A stretch of 64,000 nt of DNA from assembly GCA_963705555.1 (NCBI GenBank), contig CAVPJZ010000002.1, positions 762,292-826,291 of the forward strand, written 5' to 3'. The number at the start of each line of letters is the position of its first letter. Position 1 is the first letter of the stretch. The DNA comes from an uncultured delta proteobacterium. GTDB lineage: Bacteria; Desulfobacterota; Syntrophia; Syntrophales; Smithellaceae. Made by a program: the position numbers and the translations under genes. The notes below the pieces were generated by a model. The model saw nothing but the letters and a program-made list of their open reading frames with translations, had not been told where the DNA came from and did not search any database. Shown here piece after piece: positions 10,588 to 20,587 of the stretch.

Positions 10588-11322
10588 TCATTTATCATGA
10601 TTGAGGAATATATTTCTATCTTCCATGAATTTTTTATAAAGGCGGTAGTGATCGGTTTCTTCATAGCGGATTGGCTTTACCGAGGAATGATCAAATGAAT
10701 AAATTTTTGCGGAAGGACAGGCAAGCAAAATTGGCGAATGGGTGGCGACAATAAATTGAGCGTGGCCATCGACACTCATTTTATCGAGGAAGGCAAGCAG
10801 TTCGATTTGGCTTTTCGGAGAAAGAGCGGTTTCGGGCTCATCCAAGAGATAAAGTCCTTTGATTTGATAGCGGCTGCGGAAAAAGGACATCAGCGATTGT
10901 CCGTGAGATTGGGTGGTTAAAGATTTTCCGCCGAAGTAATTTAATTGGCCCCGATCGGCCGCCGCCCACTCATCTAATAATTCAGCGAAGTGCTGAAATA
11001 TTTTTGAGCCGAAAAAAGATCCGGGAACACGGCCATTTTCCCATTGCATGGAAATGTATTGATGAAGTTTATCCTCATGGGGATTGTATTCAGGACGGCA
11101 TCTTTCGGAATTGCGCCAGATATGAATGCCGCAGGCGATGGCTATAGCTTCCAGCAGTGTAGATTTACCTGTTCCGTTTTCGCCTACAAATAATGTAACC
11201 GGTGAATCGAAGATAATTTGCTTTGCCTTTTGAAAAATCGGCAAATAAAAAGGATAACACTCTCGAGTCGGATATTTTTCCGGATGAATGGTTACGCTCT
11301 TTAAATGCATTGCTGTCTCCAT
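10588..11322 (-). CDS. ABC/AAA-type ATPase (COG3910-like)
   Basis: GENGTGKS, SHGQ signature, LLDEPE, ATHSP. Confidence 0.85.
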   Translation of the reverse strand: METAMHLKSVTIHPEKYPTRECYPFYLPIFQKAKQIIFDSPVTLFVGENGTGKSTLLEAIAIACGIHIWRNSERCRPEYNPHEDKLHQYISMQWENGRVPGSFFGSKIFQHFAELLDEWAAADRGQLNYFGGKSLTTQSHGQSLMSFFRSRYQIKGLYLLDEPETALSPKSQIELLAFLDKMSVDGHAQFIVATHSPILLACPSAKIYSFDHSSVKPIRYEETDHYRLYKKFMEDRNIFLNHDK

Positions 11323-11487
11323 AAATTATGGAACTTATATACCAATGTATGGATGATTACAAGAATATCTATTATAAAGCCGGATAGGTATGGCCAACAT
11401 TTCCATCATTAGCTCTTTTATTCGGTAACATTTTCACGCCAATTTGGTATAATGCAGGCAAACATATAAACTATTGGAGTTCTTGAT

Positions 11488-12084
11488 ATGATGAAATCAT
11501 TTTGGTTGTGTTTTGTGCCTCTTTTTGTAGCCGTAAATGCTTTTGGCGTTCTGCCTCTATTTATAAATCTCACCGAAGGGATTGAGCCGCAAAAAATCAG
11601 GCGTGTTGTTTTTCAATCAATGATTACGGCGTTAATTGTTGCTTTGGCCTTTATTGCTTTGGGTACGATAATACTGAACCTACTCGGTATCACGATTGCC
11701 GATTTCATGATCGCCGGCGGAACGCTCCTTTTCATCATCTCGATCAGGGAAATTATTTCCACCGATAAAAGTCCATATCCTATTGATCTGGATAGCATGG
11801 GCGCCGTGCCCATCGGTGTGCCGCTGATAACAGGGCCGGCAGTGTTGACCACGTCAATGCTTCTAATCAATGAGCACACTTTAGTTATTACATCTCTGGC
11901 GATTATTATCAATATTTTGATTGCCGGTGGTATTTTTCTTTGTGCTCCGCTGATCAATCGCGTTCTTGGTAAAACAGGTTCGAAGACAATATCCAAAATC
12001 ACCAGCCTGCTTTTAGCGGCAATCGCCGTGATGATTATTCGCAGGGGTATTGCCGTATTTATTGCTCAAGGCGTTCAATTTTAA
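11488..12084 (+). CDS. MarC-family membrane protein
   Basis: Six hydrophobic helices; AGG..L and VPIGVPLITGPA motifs. Confidence 0.9.
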   Translation: MMKSFWLCFVPLFVAVNAFGVLPLFINLTEGIEPQKIRRVVFQSMITALIVALAFIALGTIILNLLGITIADFMIAGGTLLFIISIREIISTDKSPYPIDLDSMGAVPIGVPLITGPAVLTTSMLLINEHTLVITSLAIIINILIAGGIFLCAPLINRVLGKTGSKTISKITSLLLAAIAVMIIRRGIAVFIAQGVQF

Positions 12085-12138
12085 TAAAGTTGTTTATAAT
12101 GAGGATTAACCATCCGTAAAACAGAGGGGGGATATCGC

Positions 12139-12618
12139 ATGGGAGAGATAGTTCATACATCACGTATTAAAATTGTGCGGGAAAATGGCCCGACTAGAAA
12201 GGCCATTATTGAGGGGTTTAATGAACCGGTTTATTATGGAGTCCATGGAGGAATAAAGAAATTTTATAAAGTAGAACCGGAAAATGAGCATGCCGCAACG
12301 CTTGATCATATAGTGGCGGCGACTGCCGCCTGAATGATGGGAACACTGGCCGCGTTGCTGGCCGGAAAGAAAATAGCCACTTCTGAAGAAAGTTACCGGG
12401 CTGATGTGGAAGGTGATATAGAAAATATCAATAATGTGCTCAAAATCACCCAGATTCGCGTTAAGTATCATTTGAAAATACATCCGGAGAAAGCAGCAGA
12501 AGCTCAGGATGCTTTTTCCTCTTATTTAAAATTTTGTCCCGCCGCCCAGAGCATCAGGGGCTGTATAGAAATAAAAGATAACCTGGTGATTGAGAACATG
12601 GAAACAACAGCGCGTTAG
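12139..12618 (+). CDS. OsmC-like protein with probable selenocysteine (in-frame TGA 12331-12333)
   Basis: Two in-frame ORFs separated only by TGA at the first catalytic Cys position (HIVAATAA-U-MMGT); second Cys in FCP; downstream hairpin. Confidence 0.8.
12346..12365 (+). promoter_or_regulatory. Candidate bacterial SECIS hairpin
   Basis: CTGGCC-gcgttgct-GGCCGG stem-loop (one G-U pair) starting 12 nt after the in-frame UGA. Confidence 0.5.
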
Positions 12619-12650
12619 TCAATGACACTTGCTGAAAACAAACACAGTTT

Positions 12651-12689
12651 AAAAAAGGGAGTTCATTTTTTTAAATGAGCTCCCTTTTC
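12651..12689. terminator. Bidirectional intrinsic terminator
   Basis: AAAAAAGGGAGTTCATTT...AAATGAGCTCCCTTTTC between convergent genes. Confidence 0.8.
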
Positions 12690-12709
12690 TTATTCTCGAC
12701 CGGTTCTGA

Positions 12710-13882
12710 CTAAATCTGGATATTCCCTTTTTTCAGCGTGTCGGTGGGGAGAAACCACTTAATGCCAAGCTTCTTCGAAATAGCCTCGCATCGTTCGGCT
12801 ACTTTTGCCCAACCCATGCCTTTGGCCAGAGCGAAAGGACCAAAGGGTGATCCTCCCCCATTAACCATGGCTTTATCGATCTCTGCAGCGCTACTTGTAA
12901 CACCTTCCTGCAGAAGTTTGGTTCCCTCATTTACCTGAAGACAGACAATATCCATCAGGTCAAAGTTGGGATCGGCTTTGCTCATGTCTATTGTGGGCCT
13001 GGCGCCACCGGGCCAATTGAAAATGCCTTTGCCGGTCTTTTTACCCAGCGTGCCGGCTTCGACCATTTTTTTCAACCAGTTACTCGGTTTGAATTCCGGA
13101 GATAATGTTTTGGCAAAATAATCCGAACCATGGGCGTAAATGTCAAGTCCGGCAAAATCCATGGTTTCGTATGGTCCCATCGGGGCGCCGATTGATCTGA
13201 TTTTGGCATCAACGGCCTCAGGATTTATAAGCCCCTTCTCATATATCTCGGCCAGATATAAGCCGACCGGCGCGTTAATTCTGTTGAAAATAAATCCCGG
13301 TGAATCTCTCTCTACACGAACCGGAACCATAGCGCCTCTGAAGTTTTTTAATCTCAGGATAAAATCATAACTGATATTCATAGTATCTTCAGAGGTCTTC
13401 TGACCGCGGATAACTTCAACAAGAGCCATCATGACCGGCGGATTAAAAAAATGAATTCCCACTACTTTATCGGGTCTTTTTGTCGCGGCTGCCATTTGAG
13501 TAATGCTCATATTGGATGTATTGGAAGCAAGAAGAGCATGCTTCGGCGCGTTTTCGTCAATTTCTTTAAATATCTTTACTTTAAGCTCGAGTATCTCCGG
13601 AGCGGCTTCAATACTATAATCAATATCTTTGACTGCGTCTTTTAGAACAGTGAATCCATGAATATTATTGATAATCTTGCTTGAGTTTTCTGCCGTCATC
13701 TTTTGCTTGGCGACCTGTTTCTCCAGGCTTTCTTTAATTTTGCCTTTCCCTTTGTCCACAAATTCCTGCTTGATATCATAAAGATTTACCTTTAACCCCG
13801 CTATGGCGCAAACTTCGGCAATGCCATGACCCATATCGCCTGCGCCAATGATTGCGATTGTTTTGATTTCTCCTGCTTTCAT
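12710..13882 (-). CDS. 3-hydroxyacyl-CoA dehydrogenase
   Basis: IIGAGDMGHG, ASNTS, GIHFFNP, PMGP and LGKKTGKG; duplicated C-terminal domain. Confidence 0.9.
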   Translation of the reverse strand: MKAGEIKTIAIIGAGDMGHGIAEVCAIAGLKVNLYDIKQEFVDKGKGKIKESLEKQVAKQKMTAENSSKIINNIHGFTVLKDAVKDIDYSIEAAPEILELKVKIFKEIDENAPKHALLASNTSNMSITQMAAATKRPDKVVGIHFFNPPVMMALVEVIRGQKTSEDTMNISYDFILRLKNFRGAMVPVRVERDSPGFIFNRINAPVGLYLAEIYEKGLINPEAVDAKIRSIGAPMGPYETMDFAGLDIYAHGSDYFAKTLSPEFKPSNWLKKMVEAGTLGKKTGKGIFNWPGGARPTIDMSKADPNFDLMDIVCLQVNEGTKLLQEGVTSSAAEIDKAMVNGGGSPFGPFALAKGMGWAKVAERCEAISKKLGIKWFLPTDTLKKGNIQI

Positions 13883-13994
13883 AGTTTTAAAACTCCTTTC
13901 CATATTTTTTGATAAGGTCCCGCTATTTGTATGCCGAGTATATGAAGGCGGCACTTATGTGTCAAGATAATTAAAACAAGATCTATTGTTGGCA

Positions 13995-15146
13995 TTAATG
14001 AAATATTTGGCGGCCAAGTATGCTGCTTCCGGATGCTTCAATGGCCTGCGTGATTTCTTCTTTTATCTTGCCCGTACTGCCTTGAAGGAACTTTTCCAGC
14101 GTGGCTTTGGCCTGGCTGCCGCCAATGCGACCTAGCGCCCACACGATCATACACTTTACGCGTTCATCGGGATTTTCTTGAAATGCCCGGATAAGGTCAG
14201 CGATGTAAACTGGATTGAGGCTATTGCCCATGGCGCGTGCCGCATTCATCTTCCAGCGCCAAAGATCATCTGCAGACATATAGAACATGTGCGGCCATAT
14301 CTTCTGCTCGAAGTATGGCTTGTCCATATGCAGGAGGCAGGGCAGATCGAAATTTGCGGCCTTGGCTGCCACACGGGCATGGGGAGGTTTCTCCTCGGCC
14401 ATCCAGGGGGTATTACGGGGACAAACGTTCTGACAGCGATCACATCCGTACACATACATGCCCATGGGTTCGCGGAGTTCAAGGGGTGTAAGTCCTTCGC
14501 CATAATACGTTAAATAAGAGATGCAACGGCGAGGATCAATCTTTCCGCCTCCTTTGAGCGCATGGGTAGGACACGCTGCCACACAAGCATTACGGCACCA
14601 CTGGGGACAACCGATAGCAATAGTCGGTTCATCGGGAGGATATTCAGCATCAACTAAAATGGCTATGGGAAACACAAAGGAACTTCCGCGGGCAACACGC
14701 CGCGCGTAAAAAACGCAGTTATTGCCGAAAGTCCCTAAACCGGCTCGCGCTGCTGAAAGACGATGGGGCATGTTGGGCGGTACTTTGGAGTCTATGTTGT
14801 TCGTCTGGAGAAATTGACGGAAGGCTTTGACTTTAAGTGCCAGACCTTCTTTGGTAACCCGATCATCATCATGATAACAGCGGCCGAAATGACGTTCCAT
14901 TTTGAGCGGAAATGCTTCTTCGAAATAAGACTCCAACAGTACGATTATGGATTTTGCATTAGGGAGGATGCTTTTGGGATCGGTTCCGGCAAGCAAACTG
15001 AAACCGGCTGCTTCTGTCCAGCCATACTCCTCCTGATGAGCCAGCAAATATTCCTTTTGAGAGGCGAAAGGTTCCGCGTCAGTAAAACCGATGTCGGCAA
15101 ATCCCAGCCGTTTTGCTTCTGCAATAATGTCTTCTTTGGTCAGCAT
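13995..15146 (-). CDS. Epoxyqueuosine reductase QueG-like Fe-S protein with HEAT-like C-terminus
   Basis: CPQWCRNACVAACPT, RCISY and GCDRCQNVCP clusters; AARAGLG. Confidence 0.75.
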   Translation of the reverse strand: MLTKEDIIAEAKRLGFADIGFTDAEPFASQKEYLLAHQEEYGWTEAAGFSLLAGTDPKSILPNAKSIIVLLESYFEEAFPLKMERHFGRCYHDDDRVTKEGLALKVKAFRQFLQTNNIDSKVPPNMPHRLSAARAGLGTFGNNCVFYARRVARGSSFVFPIAILVDAEYPPDEPTIAIGCPQWCRNACVAACPTHALKGGGKIDPRRCISYLTYYGEGLTPLELREPMGMYVYGCDRCQNVCPRNTPWMAEEKPPHARVAAKAANFDLPCLLHMDKPYFEQKIWPHMFYMSADDLWRWKMNAARAMGNSLNPVYIADLIRAFQENPDERVKCMIVWALGRIGGSQAKATLEKFLQGSTGKIKEEITQAIEASGSSILGRQIFH

Positions 15147-15239
15147 GATATCTCCTTACGGAATTTATACATTAACTCCAAGGCGATTACAAGAATATCA
15201 ATCTCTAATCTGAGCAGTTTTTATACGGCTGGTTTTGTC

Positions 15240-15268
15240 TTGACATAACGATATGTAATCTTTAGTAT
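15240..15268 (+). promoter_or_regulatory. Sigma-70 promoter
   Basis: TTGACA-N17-TAGTAT upstream of the MBL hydrolase gene. Confidence 0.6.
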
Positions 15269-15350
15269 TCATCTAAGTTAGTAAGAGGGTAAATCTAATC
15301 AACATTGAGGGGAGTTATATAACCACATTATTGACTCCCCAGGAGGCGTT

Positions 15351-16190
15351 ATGAAAAAGGTTCTGCTTATCGTAAGTTTGTTAATAGTAATTATTATTGC
15401 TGTAGGCGGTTTCTATTTCTGGAAAATATACCAGCAGTTCGGAATAGTGGAGACTGTCCAGCTTGATCCGCAATTGACGGTGTATCTTGGCGGCGGAGGA
15501 AACTCTATTGTTCTGACTTCCGAGGATGGCTCTAAAGCACTTGTCGTTGATACAAAGATGAGAAGTGCAGCAAAAAAACTCAGAGATACGGTGAAAGCCG
15601 CTGATATTGTAATTATCAACACACACGCACATTTTGATCATACCGGCGGGAACGCGCTTTATCCATCGGCAAAAATAATTTCCGGAGCGTACACCAATGA
15701 ACAATGGGACAGTGATTCTAAAAAAACCAGCAGATATCCTGATGTGGCTTTAAAACCCGGTGAGGAAAAAGTGATTAAAATCGGGAGCGAAACCGTGCTT
15801 GTTCGCAATATGGGCAGGGCGCATACGTGGAACGATGTGGTTGTCTATTGTGAAAAACGTAAACTCCTGGTTACCGGCGATTTGGTATTTCTCGACATGC
15901 ACCCGGCCTTGTATACCAAGAGTGGCGCTAGCGTAGCTGCTTGGATAGGAGCTCTTGAAACGCTTGCGAGCCGCTATAAAATAAAAATCTTGATACCGGG
16001 CCATGGAAAGGTTTCGGATCAAACTGCGCTTGCTGTAATGAAAGACTATTTTGTTTCTATTGGCGATGCCATCGGAAAACCTGATAAACAAGCGGAGCTT
16101 AAAAAGAAATATAAGGAATATTTCACTATACCGGGCATGTTCAGTTTTAGAAACACAACCAGATTCATCGAGAAGGAAAGAAAAAGTTAG
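15351..16190 (+). CDS. MBL-fold metallo-hydrolase, membrane anchored
   Basis: THAHFDHTGGN, AHT, TGD and IPGHG motifs; N-terminal TM helix. Confidence 0.9.
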   Translation: MKKVLLIVSLLIVIIIAVGGFYFWKIYQQFGIVETVQLDPQLTVYLGGGGNSIVLTSEDGSKALVVDTKMRSAAKKLRDTVKAADIVIINTHAHFDHTGGNALYPSAKIISGAYTNEQWDSDSKKTSRYPDVALKPGEEKVIKIGSETVLVRNMGRAHTWNDVVVYCEKRKLLVTGDLVFLDMHPALYTKSGASVAAWIGALETLASRYKIKILIPGHGKVSDQTALAVMKDYFVSIGDAIGKPDKQAELKKKYKEYFTIPGMFSFRNTTRFIEKERKS

Positions 16191-16245
16191 CAGGCTATTA
16201 CTTTGTATATCAAAGGCTACACTGCTAAGAACTACATCTTATTCT

Positions 16246-17619
16246 TTACTTTGACTCTTTGCGCAGGTTGTATTTGATCATTTTTAGCTGCAATCCCTTG
16301 CGGCTAAGCCCCAGTTGTTTGGCTGCCTTGGTGACATTGCCGCCGGCTTCTTCGAGGCACTTGATAATCATCTGTCTCTCTACATTTTCCACGTGATCAC
16401 GTATATACTCTTTAAACGGTTTTTTGCTGTCATCTACGGGCTCTGTTAAGATTTTATCTAAAGCGGCCTTGAATTCGCCGGGAACTTCCTGGGACGTAAT
16501 CAGATTATCCTTTGCCAGAAGCATCATTCTTTCGATGAGGTTTTCCAATTCGCGGATGTTTCCCGGCCATTCATAGCGCAAAAGCATTTCTTTTACTTCG
16601 CTGTCCACCTCAACCGAAAGCTCCAGCTTTTTGTTAAATTTATCCATAAAATAATCAACCAGAGGCAGGATATCTTCTTTTCTTTCCCTGAGCGGTGGGA
16701 CGTCAATAGGAAAAACATTGAGACGATAGTATAAATCTTCACGAAAATTTCCCGCCTGCACCTGCTGCAAAAGATTTTGATTGGTGGCGGCAATAATGCG
16801 CACATCCACTTTTATTGTTTTTAGGCCGCCGACTCGTTCAAATTCCTGCTCCTGAATAACGCGTAAGAGTTTTACCTGCATATCGCGCGGAATTTCTCCC
16901 ACTTCATCGAGAAACAAAGTCCCTTTATGAGCCAGTTCGAATTTCCCCGGCTTGGTAATGGCGGCGCCGGTGTAGGCGCCTTTTTCATAACCGAATAGTT
17001 CGCTTTCCATCAGAGTTTCAGCAATGGCCGCGCAGTTGATTTTGATGAGCGGATTTTTTTTGCGTGGAGAGTTGTAATGAATAGCGTCGGCCACCAGCTC
17101 TTTTCCGGTGCCGGTTTCCCCGGTGATCATAATTGTTGTTGTCGTCGGAGCCACCCTTTTTATAGCTTCAAATATCTCCAGAGTACTTTTGCTCTTGCCG
17201 ATAATTCCGGTTCTTTCTATTTCTTCCGGCGGCAAAAACAATTCGTTTTCTTTTAAATTGCGTGTTTTTATTGCTTTGGAGATAACGTTTTTTAACTCAT
17301 CGAGGTCGAACGGCTTGGTAATATAATCCAGCGCGCCTTTCTTCAGCGCTTCGACGGCAGTAGCGACAGTGCCGTGAGCGGTAATCATAATCACAGGCAC
17401 TTCCGGATACTTTTCAGAAATACGGCTTAGCAGTTCCATGCCGTCAATGTCCGGCATTTTCAAATCGGATACAACCGCGGCTATTTTACTTGATTTTAAA
17501 ATTTGCAGAGCTTCCCGTCCATCGGAGACGGAAGCAACTTCATAGCCTTCTTTTTTGAGCATGGCGGACAACACCAGCCGCATATTTAATTCATCATCAA
17601 CGATTAAAATTTTATTCAT
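16246..17619 (-). CDS. Sigma-54-dependent response regulator (NtrC/AtoC family)
   Basis: Receiver domain, GETGTGKE, ESELFG, GAYTGA (GAFTGA variant), C-terminal Fis-type HTH. Confidence 0.95.
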   Translation of the reverse strand: MNKILIVDDELNMRLVLSAMLKKEGYEVASVSDGREALQILKSSKIAAVVSDLKMPDIDGMELLSRISEKYPEVPVIMITAHGTVATAVEALKKGALDYITKPFDLDELKNVISKAIKTRNLKENELFLPPEEIERTGIIGKSKSTLEIFEAIKRVAPTTTTIMITGETGTGKELVADAIHYNSPRKKNPLIKINCAAIAETLMESELFGYEKGAYTGAAITKPGKFELAHKGTLFLDEVGEIPRDMQVKLLRVIQEQEFERVGGLKTIKVDVRIIAATNQNLLQQVQAGNFREDLYYRLNVFPIDVPPLRERKEDILPLVDYFMDKFNKKLELSVEVDSEVKEMLLRYEWPGNIRELENLIERMMLLAKDNLITSQEVPGEFKAALDKILTEPVDDSKKPFKEYIRDHVENVERQMIIKCLEEAGGNVTKAAKQLGLSRKGLQLKMIKYNLRKESK

Positions 17620-17673
17620 GGTTTACAATTATTATGCTTTGACATTTAAATCAAGTTGGATTGTGTTTAAAGT

Positions 17674-19194
17674 TTAGCCGGCTGCATTGAGCTTGATGAA
17701 GAATACAGTTCCTTGCGCAGGAATTGATTTTACCCGGATGATTCCGCCGTGCTCTCTGATGATTCTTTGGCAAATAGCCAGACCAAGTCCAACACCTCTT
17801 TTCTTGGTTGTGAAAAAGGGCTTGAAAATATTTTTTATTTCCTCTTTGTTTATTCCACTTCCGGTATCGCGAATCGTTATGCTTATTGCTCCTTCGGCTC
17901 CGAATTCGATGTTAGATGTGCGAAAAGTTAGGGTGCCGCCCTGCGGCATTGATTCGATCGCATTCAGGGCTATATTTAAGATGACCTGCATAAATTGTTG
18001 TTCGTCCACTTCCACTGCGGGCAAGTTGTGATTCAATTCCCGAACAATAGTAATATTTTCCGCCAGTCGATTGGCCGCGATGATGGAGATAGCCTTTTGA
18101 ATAGTCACGTTGATGTTTTGAGTTTTAAGATCGAGTTTGTATGGCCGGGCGTAATCAAGAAATTGATTGACTACGGTATTGAGTCTGTTTACTTCTTCAA
18201 TAATAACGTCAAGAAGATTTTTTTGCTCTTCAGATGGTGTTTCCGATTTCAAGTACTGGGCAGCGCCTTTTATCGAACCCAGCGGATTGCGAATTTCATG
18301 AGCGAAAACCGGTGCCATTTCCGCCAACATCAAGGCTTTTTCCCTTTCCAGCTTTTCATCGAATTCATAAAGAGAAGTGAAAATATCTTTGCTGTCGGGA
18401 TAAAAGTGGCTAAAACTTTTTTTCAAAATCATTTTTATCGGTGAAAGGGAAATAGCGATTAAAAAAGAAGCCATTAGGACGCTGGTAAAAGAAGGTATGT
18501 TGGAGCTGAAAAATAAGGCAACAAAATAAAAGATAATCGTGCCGGCAAGCGTGCTGAAAAAAATTATCAGCGCCCGGGCGAAAAAGTCATGCAGTTCGTG
18601 GAGCTGCGGATAAGCAATGATTAATAAAATTAGATAAAGCAGGGCTGATAGAACAAGACCGGTTATCGGGGGAAAGTTGAGTCCCCAGTAACTAAATAGA
18701 TCAATAGTGCTTACTATCACAGCAATGGGACAAGCAACGAGCAAGTACCCCAGACGTTTTTTTTCGGTGCTGGGAGCTAGTCTGCTTACATGACGCAAGA
18801 GGGCGATATAGCAGAGTGCCAGAGTGCTGAATGTGTAAGATAAAATGATGGCTTTAAAATACGGCAATTCAGATAACATTGTAAAAAAGGAAAAAACACC
18901 CGATAAACTTATTAAGGTGAAAATAAAAACCACTCCCCGCGAAATAAAAGATTTATTGCGGGTCAGATGGCGGAAAAAGCGAAGAGCAAAAGGCGCAATG
19001 GCCAGGCTTCCCATATATTCAACAGTTAGCCAAAAGTCGGAAGCGAAGATAGGGCGGAGGAAAACGGCGATTTGCAAAATAAAAACAGTGGTGCAAAGAG
19101 CGGCAAAAGACCCATGTAGCTTATCCTTTTTACCGGTAAGCATGAGTGAAAAAGCGATGATAAAGCTGGTTGCCGCAAGAGTAAATGTATCCAT
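17674..19194 (-). CDS. Multi-TM sensor histidine kinase
   Basis: Polytopic N-terminus; AHEIRNPL H-box, N-box, DTGSG, FFTTK..G.GLGL. Confidence 0.95.
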   Translation of the reverse strand: MDTFTLAATSFIIAFSLMLTGKKDKLHGSFAALCTTVFILQIAVFLRPIFASDFWLTVEYMGSLAIAPFALRFFRHLTRNKSFISRGVVFIFTLISLSGVFSFFTMLSELPYFKAIILSYTFSTLALCYIALLRHVSRLAPSTEKKRLGYLLVACPIAVIVSTIDLFSYWGLNFPPITGLVLSALLYLILLIIAYPQLHELHDFFARALIIFFSTLAGTIIFYFVALFFSSNIPSFTSVLMASFLIAISLSPIKMILKKSFSHFYPDSKDIFTSLYEFDEKLEREKALMLAEMAPVFAHEIRNPLGSIKGAAQYLKSETPSEEQKNLLDVIIEEVNRLNTVVNQFLDYARPYKLDLKTQNINVTIQKAISIIAANRLAENITIVRELNHNLPAVEVDEQQFMQVILNIALNAIESMPQGGTLTFRTSNIEFGAEGAISITIRDTGSGINKEEIKNIFKPFFTTKKRGVGLGLAICQRIIREHGGIIRVKSIPAQGTVFFIKLNAAG

Positions 19195-19356
19195 CTATCT
19201 GCAATAATACTTATCAATATTTTTAACCAAATTCTACAACAATATTTGGGTGCAGTAAGAGCGTTTCCATCTTGAATTATCATTGATAACAATAATTTAA
19301 TGGAACAATTATTTCTTTTTGGCCGATGGATAAATTATTAACATCAATTCTTGTAG

Positions 19357-19391
19357 GTGAAATCCTGTTCGCAGCGCGAACTATTTTACAC
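19357..19391. promoter_or_regulatory. Candidate tandem upstream activator sites
   Basis: GTGAA-N6-TTCGC and GCGAA-N6-TACAC, about 100-130 bp upstream of the sigma-54 box. Confidence 0.35.
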
Positions 19392-19487
19392 ACATCAGAT
19401 AGCTTTTTTATTCCTATACCCCAGTGATATTTATCAAAAACACAATAAATCCCAATTCCTTTAATTTTATAATGTTTTCCTGGTCTG

Positions 19488-19503
19488 TGGCATAAATTGT
19501 GCT
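19488..19503 (+). promoter_or_regulatory. Sigma-54 (-24/-12) promoter
   Basis: TGGCATAAATTGTGCT = GG-N10-GC, close to consensus TGGCAC-N5-TTGC; upstream of fabD and divergent from a sigma-54 activator. Confidence 0.75.
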
Positions 19504-19588
19504 GTTTATTGTTTGTATCTTGTTCTTGTCATTAAATGTATTTTAAGATAAGTTTACTTAATATTTTTTTAACGGGAAAAATTGATAA

Positions 19589-20533
19589 ATGAAAGATTTT
19601 AAAGAGATAGCGGTTGTTTTTCCAGGCCAAGGTTCGCAGAGACCGGGCATGGGGAAAGACTTTTATGAACAAATTTCTGTATGCCGCGAAACATATGAAG
19701 AAGCTGGTGATACCCTAGGATGGGATGTATCTTCCATGTGTTTTGGTGAAGATGAAAGGATAAATCTAACGGAATATACTCAGCCTTGTATCGTAACAAC
19801 GGAAATAGCTATGCTGAGGGGATTAGCCAAGCGATATGGCTTTACGCCTAAATTTTTTGGCGGCCACTCTTTAGGCGAATTTACTGCACTTATTGCCGCC
19901 GGGGTGATGCCTCTGGATGAAACTCTAAGAATAGTTCAAACCCGCGGGAAATTGATGCAGGAAGCCGTGCCGGTTGGCGTAGGGGGTATGGCGGCGGTTA
20001 TTTCCGAAGATATAGACGTTGATGCACTTAAGAAAATAATGGAGGATATACCGGTAGATTTGGCCAATGTTAATTCCACCTATCAGGTTGTAATAAGCGG
20101 CGGAATTTCCGCGGTGAGAGAAGTGGAAAAAAGATTGGAGCAACTGCTGGCATCTCCAAAAACTTTTCGATGTGTTCATCTGAATGTAAGCGCTCCGTTC
20201 CATAGCCGCTTCATGAAATCAATAGAAAATATTTTTTCCCATACCTTGAAGGAAGTAGGTAAGAATATAAAGCCGCAAAATGCCCCTCAAGTAACATCAA
20301 ATTTTACCGGCGGATTTCATTCGGACGATGTTGAAAAAATAAGAGAAAATCTGGTGAATCAAATTAGTAATACTGTGCGCTGGCGGGAAAACATGCAAAG
20401 TTTAGCCGCCAAGGCCGGGAAAATTTATGAAGTCGGCCCAGGACGGCCGCTGCGTGATTTTTTTAAAACAATAGGCGTAACCTGTCAATCAATTACCGGG
20501 CTCGCAGCAGCCGAAAAGAGTTTAACGGAATAA
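19589..20533 (+). CDS. fabD: Malonyl-CoA:ACP transacylase
   Basis: FPGQGSQ, TQP, GHSLGE, VSAPFHS, EVGPG. Confidence 0.92.
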   Translation: MKDFKEIAVVFPGQGSQRPGMGKDFYEQISVCRETYEEAGDTLGWDVSSMCFGEDERINLTEYTQPCIVTTEIAMLRGLAKRYGFTPKFFGGHSLGEFTALIAAGVMPLDETLRIVQTRGKLMQEAVPVGVGGMAAVISEDIDVDALKKIMEDIPVDLANVNSTYQVVISGGISAVREVEKRLEQLLASPKTFRCVHLNVSAPFHSRFMKSIENIFSHTLKEVGKNIKPQNAPQVTSNFTGGFHSDDVEKIRENLVNQISNTVRWRENMQSLAAKAGKIYEVGPGRPLRDFFKTIGVTCQSITGLAAAEKSLTE

Positions 20534-20587
20534 ACTAAAAAACGTGCAGCTTACCATAAAGATGTCCGCTAACGTTACCAGGGAGGA

